The position numbers and the translations under genes are program-made. This document shows positions 9,281-17,399 of a DNA stretch of 24,318 bases, piece after piece; the first letter of the stretch is position 1, and each line of letters starts with the position of its first letter. The stretch covers positions 1 through 24,318 of the forward strand of contig DXJF01000127.1 of the NCBI GenBank assembly GCA_019057375.1, given 5' to 3'. The notes under the pieces are model-generated. The model worked only from the letters and a program-made list of their open reading frames with translations, was not told where the DNA came from and did no database searches. Source of the DNA: Candidatus Heimdallarchaeota archaeon. GTDB lineage: Archaea; Asgardarchaeota; Heimdallarchaeia; Heimdallarchaeales; Heimdallarchaeaceae.

Positions 9281-9376
9281 TAAGCAAACAAGTCTTAATA
9301 CTCCCAAGGAACAAGGTTTTAATGGTTCTTGTCGCCTTTTGCGAAGAGTTTATAAAGTTTAAAAGGAAGGTATCTT

Positions 9377-9411
9377 GGTGAATCCCCACACTCATTTTGC
9401 GGGGATTCACC
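9377..9411. repeat. GC-rich inverted repeat / hairpin between convergent genes
   Basis: GGTGAATCCCC (9377-9387) and GGGGATTCACC (9401-9411) are perfect reverse complements. On the minus strand the stem extends to 14 bp with one G-U pair and a 7-nt loop. Confidence 0.9.
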
Positions 9412-9439
9412 CTCCCTCCCTCAAATTGATTTTAAGTAG

Positions 9440-10273
9440 TTATTTCATCCTATACCAATGTTTAGTTCCTTTCTTTCTTTTCTCTTCATCCATTTCTGCT
9501 AGAACCTTAACTGCATAATTTGCAGCTGTTATTGCTTCTTTTTCTCCTTTTGTTCCAAATTCATTAGTAACTCTGTTTGCATACACAGCACAAATAGCTC
9601 CAGTTCTTGCCCCATAAATTTGACCTAGTGTAAATATGTGGGACGCTTCCATTTCGAGATTCATTACACCCATCTTTTGGAGGTCTGGGACTATTTTATC
9701 TGTTTTAGATATCTTATAACCTTTATATCCTGGTCTTCCTTGTCCTAGATAAAAACTGGAAGATGAGGCAGCTACACCTAAATGATAAGTAAATCCTAAC
9801 ACTTCACATGCTTCTATAAGAGCTAGAACAACTTCATAATGAGCTGAAGCTGGGTAATCTGCTGGCACATAATATTTGCTAGAGCCCTCCATCTTAACTG
9901 CAGCTGTGTTAATAATTAGATCTCCCAATTCTAATCCCGGCTGAATAGCACCTGTAGAACCTACTCTTACGAAAGTATCACAACCAATATTGAGCAATTC
10001 TGTAATTGCTATTTCACAAGCAGGTGTTCCAATACCTGTAGAAGTAACGCTAATCGGAACTCCATGGACTTTGCCTGTATAGGAATAGTATTGTCTATGA
10101 GCAGCAATTTCTTTAAATCCCTCCCATGTTTCAGCTATTCTTCTCGCTCTTTCAGGGTCTCCAGGAAGAAGTACAGGTCCTTTCAAATCGCCTGGTTTGC
10201 ATTCAATATGATATTGTTTTCCCTCTTCGAAGACAGGTTTATCAGCTTCTATCTTTGAATTTTCTTTATCCAT
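9440..10273 (-). CDS. udp: Uridine phosphorylase (PNP/UDP family 1 nucleoside phosphorylase)
   Basis: QYHI, LLPGDPERARRIA, HRQY, STGIGTPACEIAITEL, RVGSTGAIQ, FYLGQGR, NLEMEAS. Confidence 0.88.
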   Translation of the reverse strand: MDKENSKIEADKPVFEEGKQYHIECKPGDLKGPVLLPGDPERARRIAETWEGFKEIAAHRQYYSYTGKVHGVPISVTSTGIGTPACEIAITELLNIGCDTFVRVGSTGAIQPGLELGDLIINTAAVKMEGSSKYYVPADYPASAHYEVVLALIEACEVLGFTYHLGVAASSSSFYLGQGRPGYKGYKISKTDKIVPDLQKMGVMNLEMEASHIFTLGQIYGARTGAICAVYANRVTNEFGTKGEKEAITAANYAVKVLAEMDEEKRKKGTKHWYRMK

Positions 10274-10329
10274 AATTCTCTATAAACAGATTAGAATAAA
10301 AGTTTTTCATATTTTCTCAAGTTTTATAT

Positions 10330-11577
10330 CTAAAGTAGTTCTTTTGCTCTGTCAAAAGATATTTTTTCTTCTTTTATCATTTGCTGAGCGATTCTTTCAA
10401 TATTTTCACTTTTTGCTCCAGCAGTAATTGCTATATTTCTTGCATGTAAAACCATATGACCCTTTTGAATTCCTTCTGAAGACAGCGCCCTAAGTGCAGC
10501 CAGATTTTGAGCTAACCCAACTGCACCTAATACTTCTGCAAATTCCTTTGCACTACTAATACCCATTATTTTGAGAGAAAGTTTGTAAATTGGATTAACA
10601 TTAATTGCTCCACCTAGGATTCCTACAAAAGTTGGTACTTCAAGATAGCCTACTAAATCTCCATCTTTATTCTTCTCAAATCTAGACAATGATCTGTATC
10701 TTCCTTCTTTTACTGCAAAAGCATGAGCTCCTGCTTCTACAGCTCTTGAATCATTACCTGTAGCTAGTAGAACAGCTGTTATTCCATTCATAATCCCTTT
10801 ATTATGAGTTGTACATCTGTAGATATCATGTTCTGCAAAATCATATGCCATAAGAATTTTATCAACAACATCTTCTCCACCCAATTCTTCCTTGTCAAAA
10901 ACTGCTTTGACTTTAACTAACCTCCTAATTGCATAATTTGAGATTATCTTAAGCAAAACTTCTCCAGAAGTAATTTTTTCTATCTCGGATTTGATTTTCT
11001 CTAACATTGTATTTACTGCATTTGCACCCATCGCATCTTTTACATCAACAATTAAATGAACCACCAAGTATTTCTCTAGCTTTCCATCTACTTCCCGTGT
11101 TTCAATATCCTTAGCTCCCCCTCCTAAATCCATCAATATTTTATTTGTTTTATTGGCAAGTTCTAGCAATATAGCCTTATTTTTTAGAATGTTTGAAGAA
11201 GCTTCTTTAAAATCGTCTAATCCAATAATTTGAATCTGACCAATAGCTATCGAACCTGTATATTCGGCTCCAAATCCACCCTTCTTTCTAGCTATTTTTG
11301 CTGCGTGACTTGCAGCTGCTACAATAGAAGACTCTTCCACTGCCATTGGGATAAGATGATCTCTTCCATTGACTACAAAATTAGTTGCAATACCTAAAGG
11401 TAGAATTACTTTACCTATTACATTTTCAATCATATAGTTTAGAGTTTCATCATTAATTCCTCTACCTTCAAGAAGAGCAGATTCCTCATCTGAAAGATTG
11501 CATATTTCAGCAATTTTTGCTCTTCTTTCATCAATTGAAAGATTGTAAAAATTTGGAATTCGAGAACTAAAAGGCAT
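10330..11577 (-). CDS. mvaA: Hydroxymethylglutaryl-CoA reductase, class II (bacterial/Archaeoglobus type)
   Basis: MIENVIG, IPMAVEESSIVAAAS, DAMGANAVNTMLE, THNKGIMNGI, GNDSRAVEAGAH, GLAQNLAALRAL, IQKGHMVLHARN. Confidence 0.95.
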   Translation of the reverse strand: MPFSSRIPNFYNLSIDERRAKIAEICNLSDEESALLEGRGINDETLNYMIENVIGKVILPLGIATNFVVNGRDHLIPMAVEESSIVAAASHAAKIARKKGGFGAEYTGSIAIGQIQIIGLDDFKEASSNILKNKAILLELANKTNKILMDLGGGAKDIETREVDGKLEKYLVVHLIVDVKDAMGANAVNTMLEKIKSEIEKITSGEVLLKIISNYAIRRLVKVKAVFDKEELGGEDVVDKILMAYDFAEHDIYRCTTHNKGIMNGITAVLLATGNDSRAVEAGAHAFAVKEGRYRSLSRFEKNKDGDLVGYLEVPTFVGILGGAINVNPIYKLSLKIMGISSAKEFAEVLGAVGLAQNLAALRALSSEGIQKGHMVLHARNIAITAGAKSENIERIAQQMIKEEKISFDRAKELL

Positions 11578-11633
11578 AACTTAATTTTTAATTACAGAGT
11601 TAAAATCTTTTTCCCAAGGAGTGAAGTAAAAAT

Positions 11634-13376
11634 TCAATGATAAAGATACAAGAATCGTTCCATATAATAGAGAAACACTTGATTATAATAACCAGGAAAA
11701 TATAGATCACTTGCATGTCCAGCAAAAGGAAATATTAAAACTGCACAATCACTTCTTCCTAAATTACTATATGTTTCCTGAAATCGTAGAGATTCTCTAA
11801 TCAAACCATCTTTATCTCCCTGAAAGATTAAACTAGGAGGTGAATCTGAGATTACCAACAGATTTGGATCTGCCCATTCAGCTTTACCTCCAACTGCAAA
11901 ATCTGCAGTAATATTGTTTGCAGGATAATAGGGAATTAATCCTTTAATGGTTAAAGCATTGGAAAAAACACTAGTATAATTTCCTGAGTCTATACTTAAA
12001 GCTACTGCACCTGTTAATTGCCCTCCAGATGAACCTCCTGAAATAAATACTGAACTAAGATTTGCCCCATATTCAGAAAAATGAGTTTCTAAGAATAGGG
12101 TAAAATTACCAATATGTCGAATCATATCATCAAGGGTAAAATTACCAAAGACATTTTCAGGACCAACTGAAAAACCACCCATCAAATTGGAAACATTATT
12201 TAATCCATATTGAATATCAAATACGCAATATCCTTGAGCTGCAAGATATCTGTTCATCATTCTAATATTCATTAAATTCTTATCACCAAGAACCCAACCA
12301 CCTCCATGTATTCTGATAATTGTTGAGTTTTCACCAGGTAGTCCAACTCCTTCGTTTGGAGGTAAATATGCATCAAAATAGAGTTGAATATTCTGATCCA
12401 CTGTATAATTGCTATTACTACCATCAAAATACAAGATATTTGGAATAATAGTACATGATGGTATTCCACTCCCGAGGAAATAACTTGTTAGTTGGAATGG
12501 ATTCTTTAAGAAAAACTCGGAGTAACCGGATGATTCAATAAAATTTTCCCAGTTTCCACCAAAATATGGATTATAAGCGTCAGAAAAATCACTATAAGCT
12601 TCTAGACTAAATGAGGGTGTTGATAACAATGGAATGAAACAGATTGATGAAATTACAACTCCTAGAAAGGAGATCGAGACTAGTTTAGTTCTCAAAAATC
12701 TACTTTGTTTTCTCAATGTATATAATATTAAGAATGTACAACTAATGCATCCAAGACCAATAAATAATCCTGTTTGAGCAGCAAAAACTCCAAGACCAAA
12801 ACCTAAGAATCTTAATAAGCTTGGATTAATTAGTGTTATATCGATTAGTATTCCAAACGAAAGGAGAAGTAAACATATTATTACCATTATTAAACGAAGC
12901 ACAAATAGAATACTGCTTTTAATTGATTTACTTCTTTGAATATTGTCATCAAACTCAAAATATTCGGAATTTTTTCTAAATTTATAAAGTGAATATGGGA
13001 TCAAAATAGAAGGATAGAGTAAAATTCCAAAATAACCTATCCCTATCATAAATCCTAAACCTATATTTGCGTTTAAATTAGGTCCATAGCCAACAAAATT
13101 AGCCATAAACATAAGAAGATAAGATACACCTATAAAAGTATAAAATCCATAAGAAGCTATTCTATACCTTTTCACAGTTTTCATATCTGGATTCAATATT
13201 CTTCCTTGAACAAAAACAACTGAACTATTGAATAATATAGTCAACAGAAAAAGTATTCCCGCAAAATTCCAATAGTGTGAATTACTTGGAATTATTAAAT
13301 AAATCACTCCAGAAACAATACAAAAAAAGTTTAGAAATAACGATATAAAACTTAAGTAAGAAAACAGCTTTTTCAT
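11634..13376 (-). CDS. Membrane-anchored alpha/beta hydrolase (HSL-like esterase/lipase domain after ~7 N-terminal TM helices)
   Basis: Oxyanion motif IHGGGW, nucleophile GGSSGG, acid QGDKD, His FAGH; hydrophobic N-terminal ~250 aa. Start placed at ATG 13376 (the track uses TTG 13379). Confidence 0.85.
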   Translation of the reverse strand: MKKLFSYLSFISLFLNFFCIVSGVIYLIIPSNSHYWNFAGILFLLTILFNSSVVFVQGRILNPDMKTVKRYRIASYGFYTFIGVSYLLMFMANFVGYGPNLNANIGLGFMIGIGYFGILLYPSILIPYSLYKFRKNSEYFEFDDNIQRSKSIKSSILFVLRLIMVIICLLLLSFGILIDITLINPSLLRFLGFGLGVFAAQTGLFIGLGCISCTFLILYTLRKQSRFLRTKLVSISFLGVVISSICFIPLLSTPSFSLEAYSDFSDAYNPYFGGNWENFIESSGYSEFFLKNPFQLTSYFLGSGIPSCTIIPNILYFDGSNSNYTVDQNIQLYFDAYLPPNEGVGLPGENSTIIRIHGGGWVLGDKNLMNIRMMNRYLAAQGYCVFDIQYGLNNVSNLMGGFSVGPENVFGNFTLDDMIRHIGNFTLFLETHFSEYGANLSSVFISGGSSGGQLTGAVALSIDSGNYTSVFSNALTIKGLIPYYPANNITADFAVGGKAEWADPNLLVISDSPPSLIFQGDKDGLIRESLRFQETYSNLGRSDCAVLIFPFAGHASDLYFPGYYNQVFLYYMERFLYLYH

Positions 13377-13434
13377 CAATGATGATTCTGATTCTTAGTA
13401 TAAATATTTTCCTCGAATAATTAATAATCTTAAC

Positions 13435-13453
13435 AAAGAGAGGATAAAAAGAG
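13435..13453 (-). terminator. Putative U-rich archaeal terminator after rps17e
   Basis: The minus strand reads CTCTTTTTATCCTCTCTTT, a pyrimidine/T tract ~12 nt after the stop codon. Confidence 0.35.
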
Positions 13454-13465
13454 TCTAATAGTGAT

Positions 13466-13684
13466 TTAGAGTTCTTCTAAAACCTGTATTTTTTGATCTT
13501 TGAATTGTCTCATAATGCGAGTAACATAACCAGCTATCAGATTTCGCATCTTCTTAGACATTGTGGTACAAACTTCTTCAACTACATGTTTGTTATTTTC
13601 AAATTCTGTATTGAGTTGGTCATGAAAATCTCTTACTATTTGTTTGGATAACCGTTTTACTTGGCTTGTTCTAATATTACCCAT
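13466..13684 (-). CDS. rps17e: 30S ribosomal protein S17e (eS17)
   Basis: MGNIRTSQVKRLSKQI...FENNKHVV...SKKMRNLIAGYVTR matches the eS17 consensus MG.IR...IKR.A.......F..NK.......SK..RN.IAGY.T. Confidence 0.96.
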   Translation of the reverse strand: MGNIRTSQVKRLSKQIVRDFHDQLNTEFENNKHVVEEVCTTMSKKMRNLIAGYVTRIMRQFKDQKIQVLEEL

Positions 13685-13756
13685 TTAATCACTATTTGGT
13701 GCATCTTACAGCTTATTTTAAATCTTACTATCAACGGCTAGATTTTAACGATAAAG

Positions 13757-14476
13757 CTAAAAGTAGAATTGCTCACTTGCATAAACTTCTATACCATTTG
13801 GAGTTATAGTAAATGGTCTTTCAGACATTTCGTGCTTCAAACCCCGCATTTTGCGGATATTCATACTACGTATGGCAATATTGTTTCTATATTCATAATT
13901 CAAGACTATAACTCCTTGACTCATGAATTCTTCAACACCAAATCTACTTACTACTCCGTCTCTCATTTCACTAGTTAAGATAGTTGTACATTCTAAAGAA
14001 GACATAACTGCACTGAGTTTGAGAATTTGTTTCCTGATTTGCTGTTCAGATGCCATAGATAAAGCTAAAGCTGTTATACTGTCAATGACAACTCTTTCAG
14101 CTGAAGTCTTATCAATTATTTCTACTAACTGTGTAATAAGTTCGTCAACATCTACAGGAGTTTGATATTTCTCTTCAGAACTGACACCAGCTCTAGGGCT
14201 AAAACCATCAATAATTACAAGTAAATTATCCTTTTCAATATCATTTAGGTTCCAACCAAAATTCAAAGTTTCTTCTCGTACATGCTCGGGATGTTCATCG
14301 AATGAAACAAAAATTCCACTTTCTCCACCTGATACGATACCATGATAAAGAAATTGCATTCCAAATGTGGATTTTCCGGCTCCTGCAGGACCTGAAACTA
14401 GAATGGTTCTACCTTTAGGTAGTCCTCCTCCAAGAATTCCATCTAATCCAATTATCCCTGTTTCAACTACTTCCAT
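13757..14476 (-). CDS. Single-domain KaiC-like (RecA-superfamily, RAD55/GvpD-like) ATPase
   Basis: TGIIGLDGILGGGLP, Walker A GPAGAGKST, FVSFDE, Walker B VVIDSI, TSE, FGVEEFMSQGVIVL, arginine-finger-type IRKMRG. Confidence 0.92.
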   Translation of the reverse strand: MEVVETGIIGLDGILGGGLPKGRTILVSGPAGAGKSTFGMQFLYHGIVSGGESGIFVSFDEHPEHVREETLNFGWNLNDIEKDNLLVIIDGFSPRAGVSSEEKYQTPVDVDELITQLVEIIDKTSAERVVIDSITALALSMASEQQIRKQILKLSAVMSSLECTTILTSEMRDGVVSRFGVEEFMSQGVIVLNYEYRNNIAIRSMNIRKMRGLKHEMSERPFTITPNGIEVYASEQFYF

Positions 14477-14496
14477 AAGTTCTCTTCTGCATTAAC

Positions 14497-14504
14497 TATA
14501 AAAA
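14497..14504 (-). promoter_or_regulatory. Putative TATA box for the KaiC-like gene
   Basis: The minus strand reads TTTTTATA 21-28 nt upstream of ATG 14476. Confidence 0.4.
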
Positions 14505-14529
14505 GAATTTCGGAAGTATTAGTATCAAT

Positions 14530-16335
14530 TCACTCATCAGCAATAGTTGTTACCTCCCATCCTCCAGGAGATCTACACAAAATTGTTGGCTGGGAAACAT
14601 GGTCTATATGCAAAATCAACTCTACATCATGTTGTTTTCTAAAATGAGCTGAAGCAGGTACAATTTTGAATTTACCATCAATAAGATGAATAGTATTACC
14701 AAGAGTTGAATTTCGAATTAATTCTTGATTCTCATCTATAATGCCAATTCTAGCCATCATTCCCCAGTTCATCACTTTGATTAACGGCTTGAGTTTGTTT
14801 TTCTCTTTCATGTAAGAGATTCCTACGCAATAGAGAGGAGATTTCAGATCTATTGCTAATGCAGAAAGAGGTTGATATGCAGATGAAGTGAAGTTCTCTA
14901 AATCTTTGGGTTTACTAGTAACCTGTAAACTGACCTGATAACTAGATTTGATCTCTGGAAATTTCTTAATCAGAATTTCATAAAGATTTTGAATGACTGA
15001 TTTAGCAGGATGAAATCCAGAGAAATATAACCAACCTAGATATTCTAAGCTAGCAATACATAATCCTCTATTCTTGGAATTAAGAGAAAGGTAAAAGGTT
15101 TGTTCAAACATTAATGCAGCTTTCTGTAAATCTTCTAACTGCATGAATTTAAACCCAAGTTGATTGATAAATTCAATGTTATCATAATCATAATCTTTCG
15201 CTGTTTCTACTGCTTTCTCCCCTCCTAGAATAACAGTCAGCAAGATTAGTGCCCTTATAACATTGACAACATCAGCTCTCTGATATTCGTTACATTCATC
15301 CTCAAAAGCTGGAGTGAAGTAGGAGTTCAATCTCTGAAATTGTCCTGATAAAAGCAAAATAATCATCCTCAAGAAATGAACATCAATTCCATATTTTTCG
15401 TTTGCTTCTGAGTTTTGTAATAATATCATGATCAATTTATCCATGTAGACTCTCGCAAGATCAACTTTCTTATTTTCAACTAAACTAATGCAAGACAAAT
15501 AATGTAGTCGACCTAGAAGTTGAAGTGATTCATTATAGATTATGTGATCTTCTATTTTATCAATAGCAAGTTTCCAATCCACTAAATAGTCAGTTATTTC
15601 TCGAATTCTAGCTAACAATTCAGCTTCTAATTCCATATATTTACCTGAGTTAAAATCATCTTCTAAGCGTTGTAAATCACTTTGAACTTCAGTAAGGAGT
15701 TCCTTTAATTGTAAGGATTCAATTGAAAAGCCATCTGTTTCAGGTAAATCACTTTGAGATAACTGTGTCATTTTTTCTTCATATTCAGTTCGAATAACAG
15801 ATATAGCAGAATCAATTATCTTTCTAATTCGTTTTACTGGATCATATCTGTTTGTACTCTCAATTGAATATCGAATTTCTGCTGTCATTAACTTATTTTC
15901 CAGTTCTTTAAGGAATGAATTCAAAGTAGGGTCTTTGTTCTCTTCAAGAACAAATTTGGTGAATGCGCTGTTTGTAAGTGTTGGAATTTCAATCAATTCA
16001 GCTGTTTCTAGAAGCTTTAAATCACTACTCACAATAGTTGCGCCTAATTTATCAGCTAAGTAAATAACAGACAAATCTGGTTTTTGTGGAAGATTTGTTG
16101 TATGCTTATGCACTTTTTGAAGAAACTTCTGAAATTCCGAATGATCTACGTCTACTATTTTTACATGAGGTGTAATTTCCCTTTGAAGAAAAAACCTCAT
16201 TTCATTCTTAATATAGGATGTCATATGAATTTCAAATTTGAGAGCTTTGAAAGCTTTAGCAAATTTGGAGAAGGTATTAGGTAAAGTTTGAAACCCACTA
16301 ATAAAGAAATTTGTATCGATAACAAAATCTGGCAT
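14530..16335 (-). CDS. Large PIN-domain protein (N-terminal PIN nuclease, coiled-coil/helical-repeat middle, uncharacterised beta-rich C-terminus)
   Basis: FVIDTNFF, IKNEM, KPDLSVI and IVSSDLKLL supply the four acidic PIN residues. A TPR-like helix pair (LGFKFMQLEDLQKAALMFEQ...LEYLGWLYF) lies further on. Start placed at ATG 16335. Confidence 0.75.
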   Translation of the reverse strand: MPDFVIDTNFFISGFQTLPNTFSKFAKAFKALKFEIHMTSYIKNEMRFFLQREITPHVKIVDVDHSEFQKFLQKVHKHTTNLPQKPDLSVIYLADKLGATIVSSDLKLLETAELIEIPTLTNSAFTKFVLEENKDPTLNSFLKELENKLMTAEIRYSIESTNRYDPVKRIRKIIDSAISVIRTEYEEKMTQLSQSDLPETDGFSIESLQLKELLTEVQSDLQRLEDDFNSGKYMELEAELLARIREITDYLVDWKLAIDKIEDHIIYNESLQLLGRLHYLSCISLVENKKVDLARVYMDKLIMILLQNSEANEKYGIDVHFLRMIILLLSGQFQRLNSYFTPAFEDECNEYQRADVVNVIRALILLTVILGGEKAVETAKDYDYDNIEFINQLGFKFMQLEDLQKAALMFEQTFYLSLNSKNRGLCIASLEYLGWLYFSGFHPAKSVIQNLYEILIKKFPEIKSSYQVSLQVTSKPKDLENFTSSAYQPLSALAIDLKSPLYCVGISYMKEKNKLKPLIKVMNWGMMARIGIIDENQELIRNSTLGNTIHLIDGKFKIVPASAHFRKQHDVELILHIDHVSQPTILCRSPGGWEVTTIADE

Positions 16336-16385
16336 CAATGTTAGTAAGAATAAATCATATTTTTACTTTTTGTAATAAAAGAAAT

Positions 16386-17306
16386 TCATTGCAGCTTCAA
16401 ATAGAGTTCTTCTAAACCTTCTTTTAAAGAAATAACTGGATTATAGTTCAGTTCTCTCTTTGCACGGTCAATTGAGGAGTAACTATGGTTAATATCCCCC
16501 AGTCTTGCATCTGTGTATTGAGGGATTAAATCTTTTCCACTGATTTCAATAATTAATCTAGCCAAATCATTTATTGTAGTTGATTTACCTGAGCCAATAT
16601 TAAACACGGTAACATTTCCTTTGTCATCTTCAAGAACTAGTTTTATAGCTTTGGCTGCATCCTTAACATGCACAAAATCTCTTGATTTATCTCCTTTTCC
16701 TTGAATAACTGGTGGTTTTCCTTGTTTCACTTGTTTAATGAATTTGTAAATTACACCAGCATAGGGATCATCTTCAGCTTGAATTGGGCTGTACAAATTG
16801 AAAGGAATAACTATGGCAGCATTCAGGTTATATAGCTCTGAAAAAAGCTTGACATATTTCTCTGCAACTGACTTGCTCAGACCATATGGAGAAAGTGGAT
16901 TTCTAGGATGGTCTTCAGTAATTGGAAGGAATTCTGGATGCCCAAAGATTGCCGCAGAGCTGATATAAACGAATTTCTGAACATTCTGTTTTAAAGCATA
17001 TTCTAAAACATTTAAAGTCCCCATAATATTGATTTCTGCATCAAAAAGTGGAGATTGAGTAGATTTTTCAATACTGATCTGTGCGGCTAGGTGAATTACA
17101 AAATCAATCTCAGGAAGTTTTGAAAAAACCTCACTATCTATGATATCGCCTTCAATAAAAATAACATCTTGTGGAGGTTCAAATTTGGATGATGATTTAT
17201 TATCTAATAGGCAGAGATTATATTGACTCTTTAATTCCTCATAAAGGTAATAGCCAATTTGTCCTAACCCACCAGTAATAAGAATGGTTTTTCTCTTTGA
17301 TGACAT
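16386..17306 (-). CDS. NAD-dependent epimerase/dehydratase (extended SDR, GalE-like)
   Basis: ILITGGLGQIG, HLAAQ, SSAA, YGLSK (YxxxK), RDFVHVKDAA, FNIGSG, RLGDI. Start reassigned to ATG 17306 (MSSKRK). Confidence 0.93.
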   Translation of the reverse strand: MSSKRKTILITGGLGQIGYYLYEELKSQYNLCLLDNKSSSKFEPPQDVIFIEGDIIDSEVFSKLPEIDFVIHLAAQISIEKSTQSPLFDAEINIMGTLNVLEYALKQNVQKFVYISSAAIFGHPEFLPITEDHPRNPLSPYGLSKSVAEKYVKLFSELYNLNAAIVIPFNLYSPIQAEDDPYAGVIYKFIKQVKQGKPPVIQGKGDKSRDFVHVKDAAKAIKLVLEDDKGNVTVFNIGSGKSTTINDLARLIIEISGKDLIPQYTDARLGDINHSYSSIDRAKRELNYNPVISLKEGLEELYLKLQ

Positions 17307-17389
17307 AAGAACATATAGGGTAAAACTTTTTAAAAGCATAACGCTCCTTTGCTCAATTAGTTCAAATTAATTTTCGTGTATGAAGAAAA

Positions 17390-17395
17390 AGGTGA
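17390..17395 (+). promoter_or_regulatory. Shine-Dalgarno site of ino1
   Basis: AGGTGA ends 4 nt before ATG 17400 and matches the archaeal anti-SD. A similar GAGGTG (18481-18486) precedes ATG 18490 of the second paralogue. Confidence 0.6.
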
Positions 17396-17399
17396 ACTC

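Noticed and set aside
9377-9390. GGTGAATCCCC resembles a tRNA T-arm (GGTTCGAATCCC) or an att-site relic
   Set aside because: It lacks TTC; no cloverleaf, anticodon arm or integrase is nearby.
9361-9425. Possible SECIS element (UGAA...GA in a stem with an A-rich loop on the minus strand, 3' of udp)
   Set aside because: UGA and GA are Watson-Crick paired in the best fold, the upper helix would be too short, and the upstream udp is full length with no in-frame UGA.
10064-10258. 64-aa plus-strand ORF
   Set aside because: Antisense shadow of udp.
12272-12469. 65-aa same-strand alternative-frame ORF
   Set aside because: Nested in the intact hydrolase frame; there is no sign of a frameshift.
13769-14165. 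Two short plus-strand ORFs (13769-13978, 13923-14165)
   Set aside because: Antisense shadows of the KaiC-like gene.
13757-14476. KaiC as a circadian clock, or RadA/RadB as a recombinase
   Set aside because: Single domain, no ST phospho-site, no kaiA/kaiB; the KMRG and GVEEF motifs fit the KaiC-like family rather than Rad proteins.
16084-16284. 66-aa plus-strand ORF
   Set aside because: Antisense shadow over the PIN domain.
14530-16335. VapBC toxin-antitoxin pair
   Set aside because: The protein is ~600 aa, and the upstream gap (16339-16385) is too short to hold an antitoxin gene.
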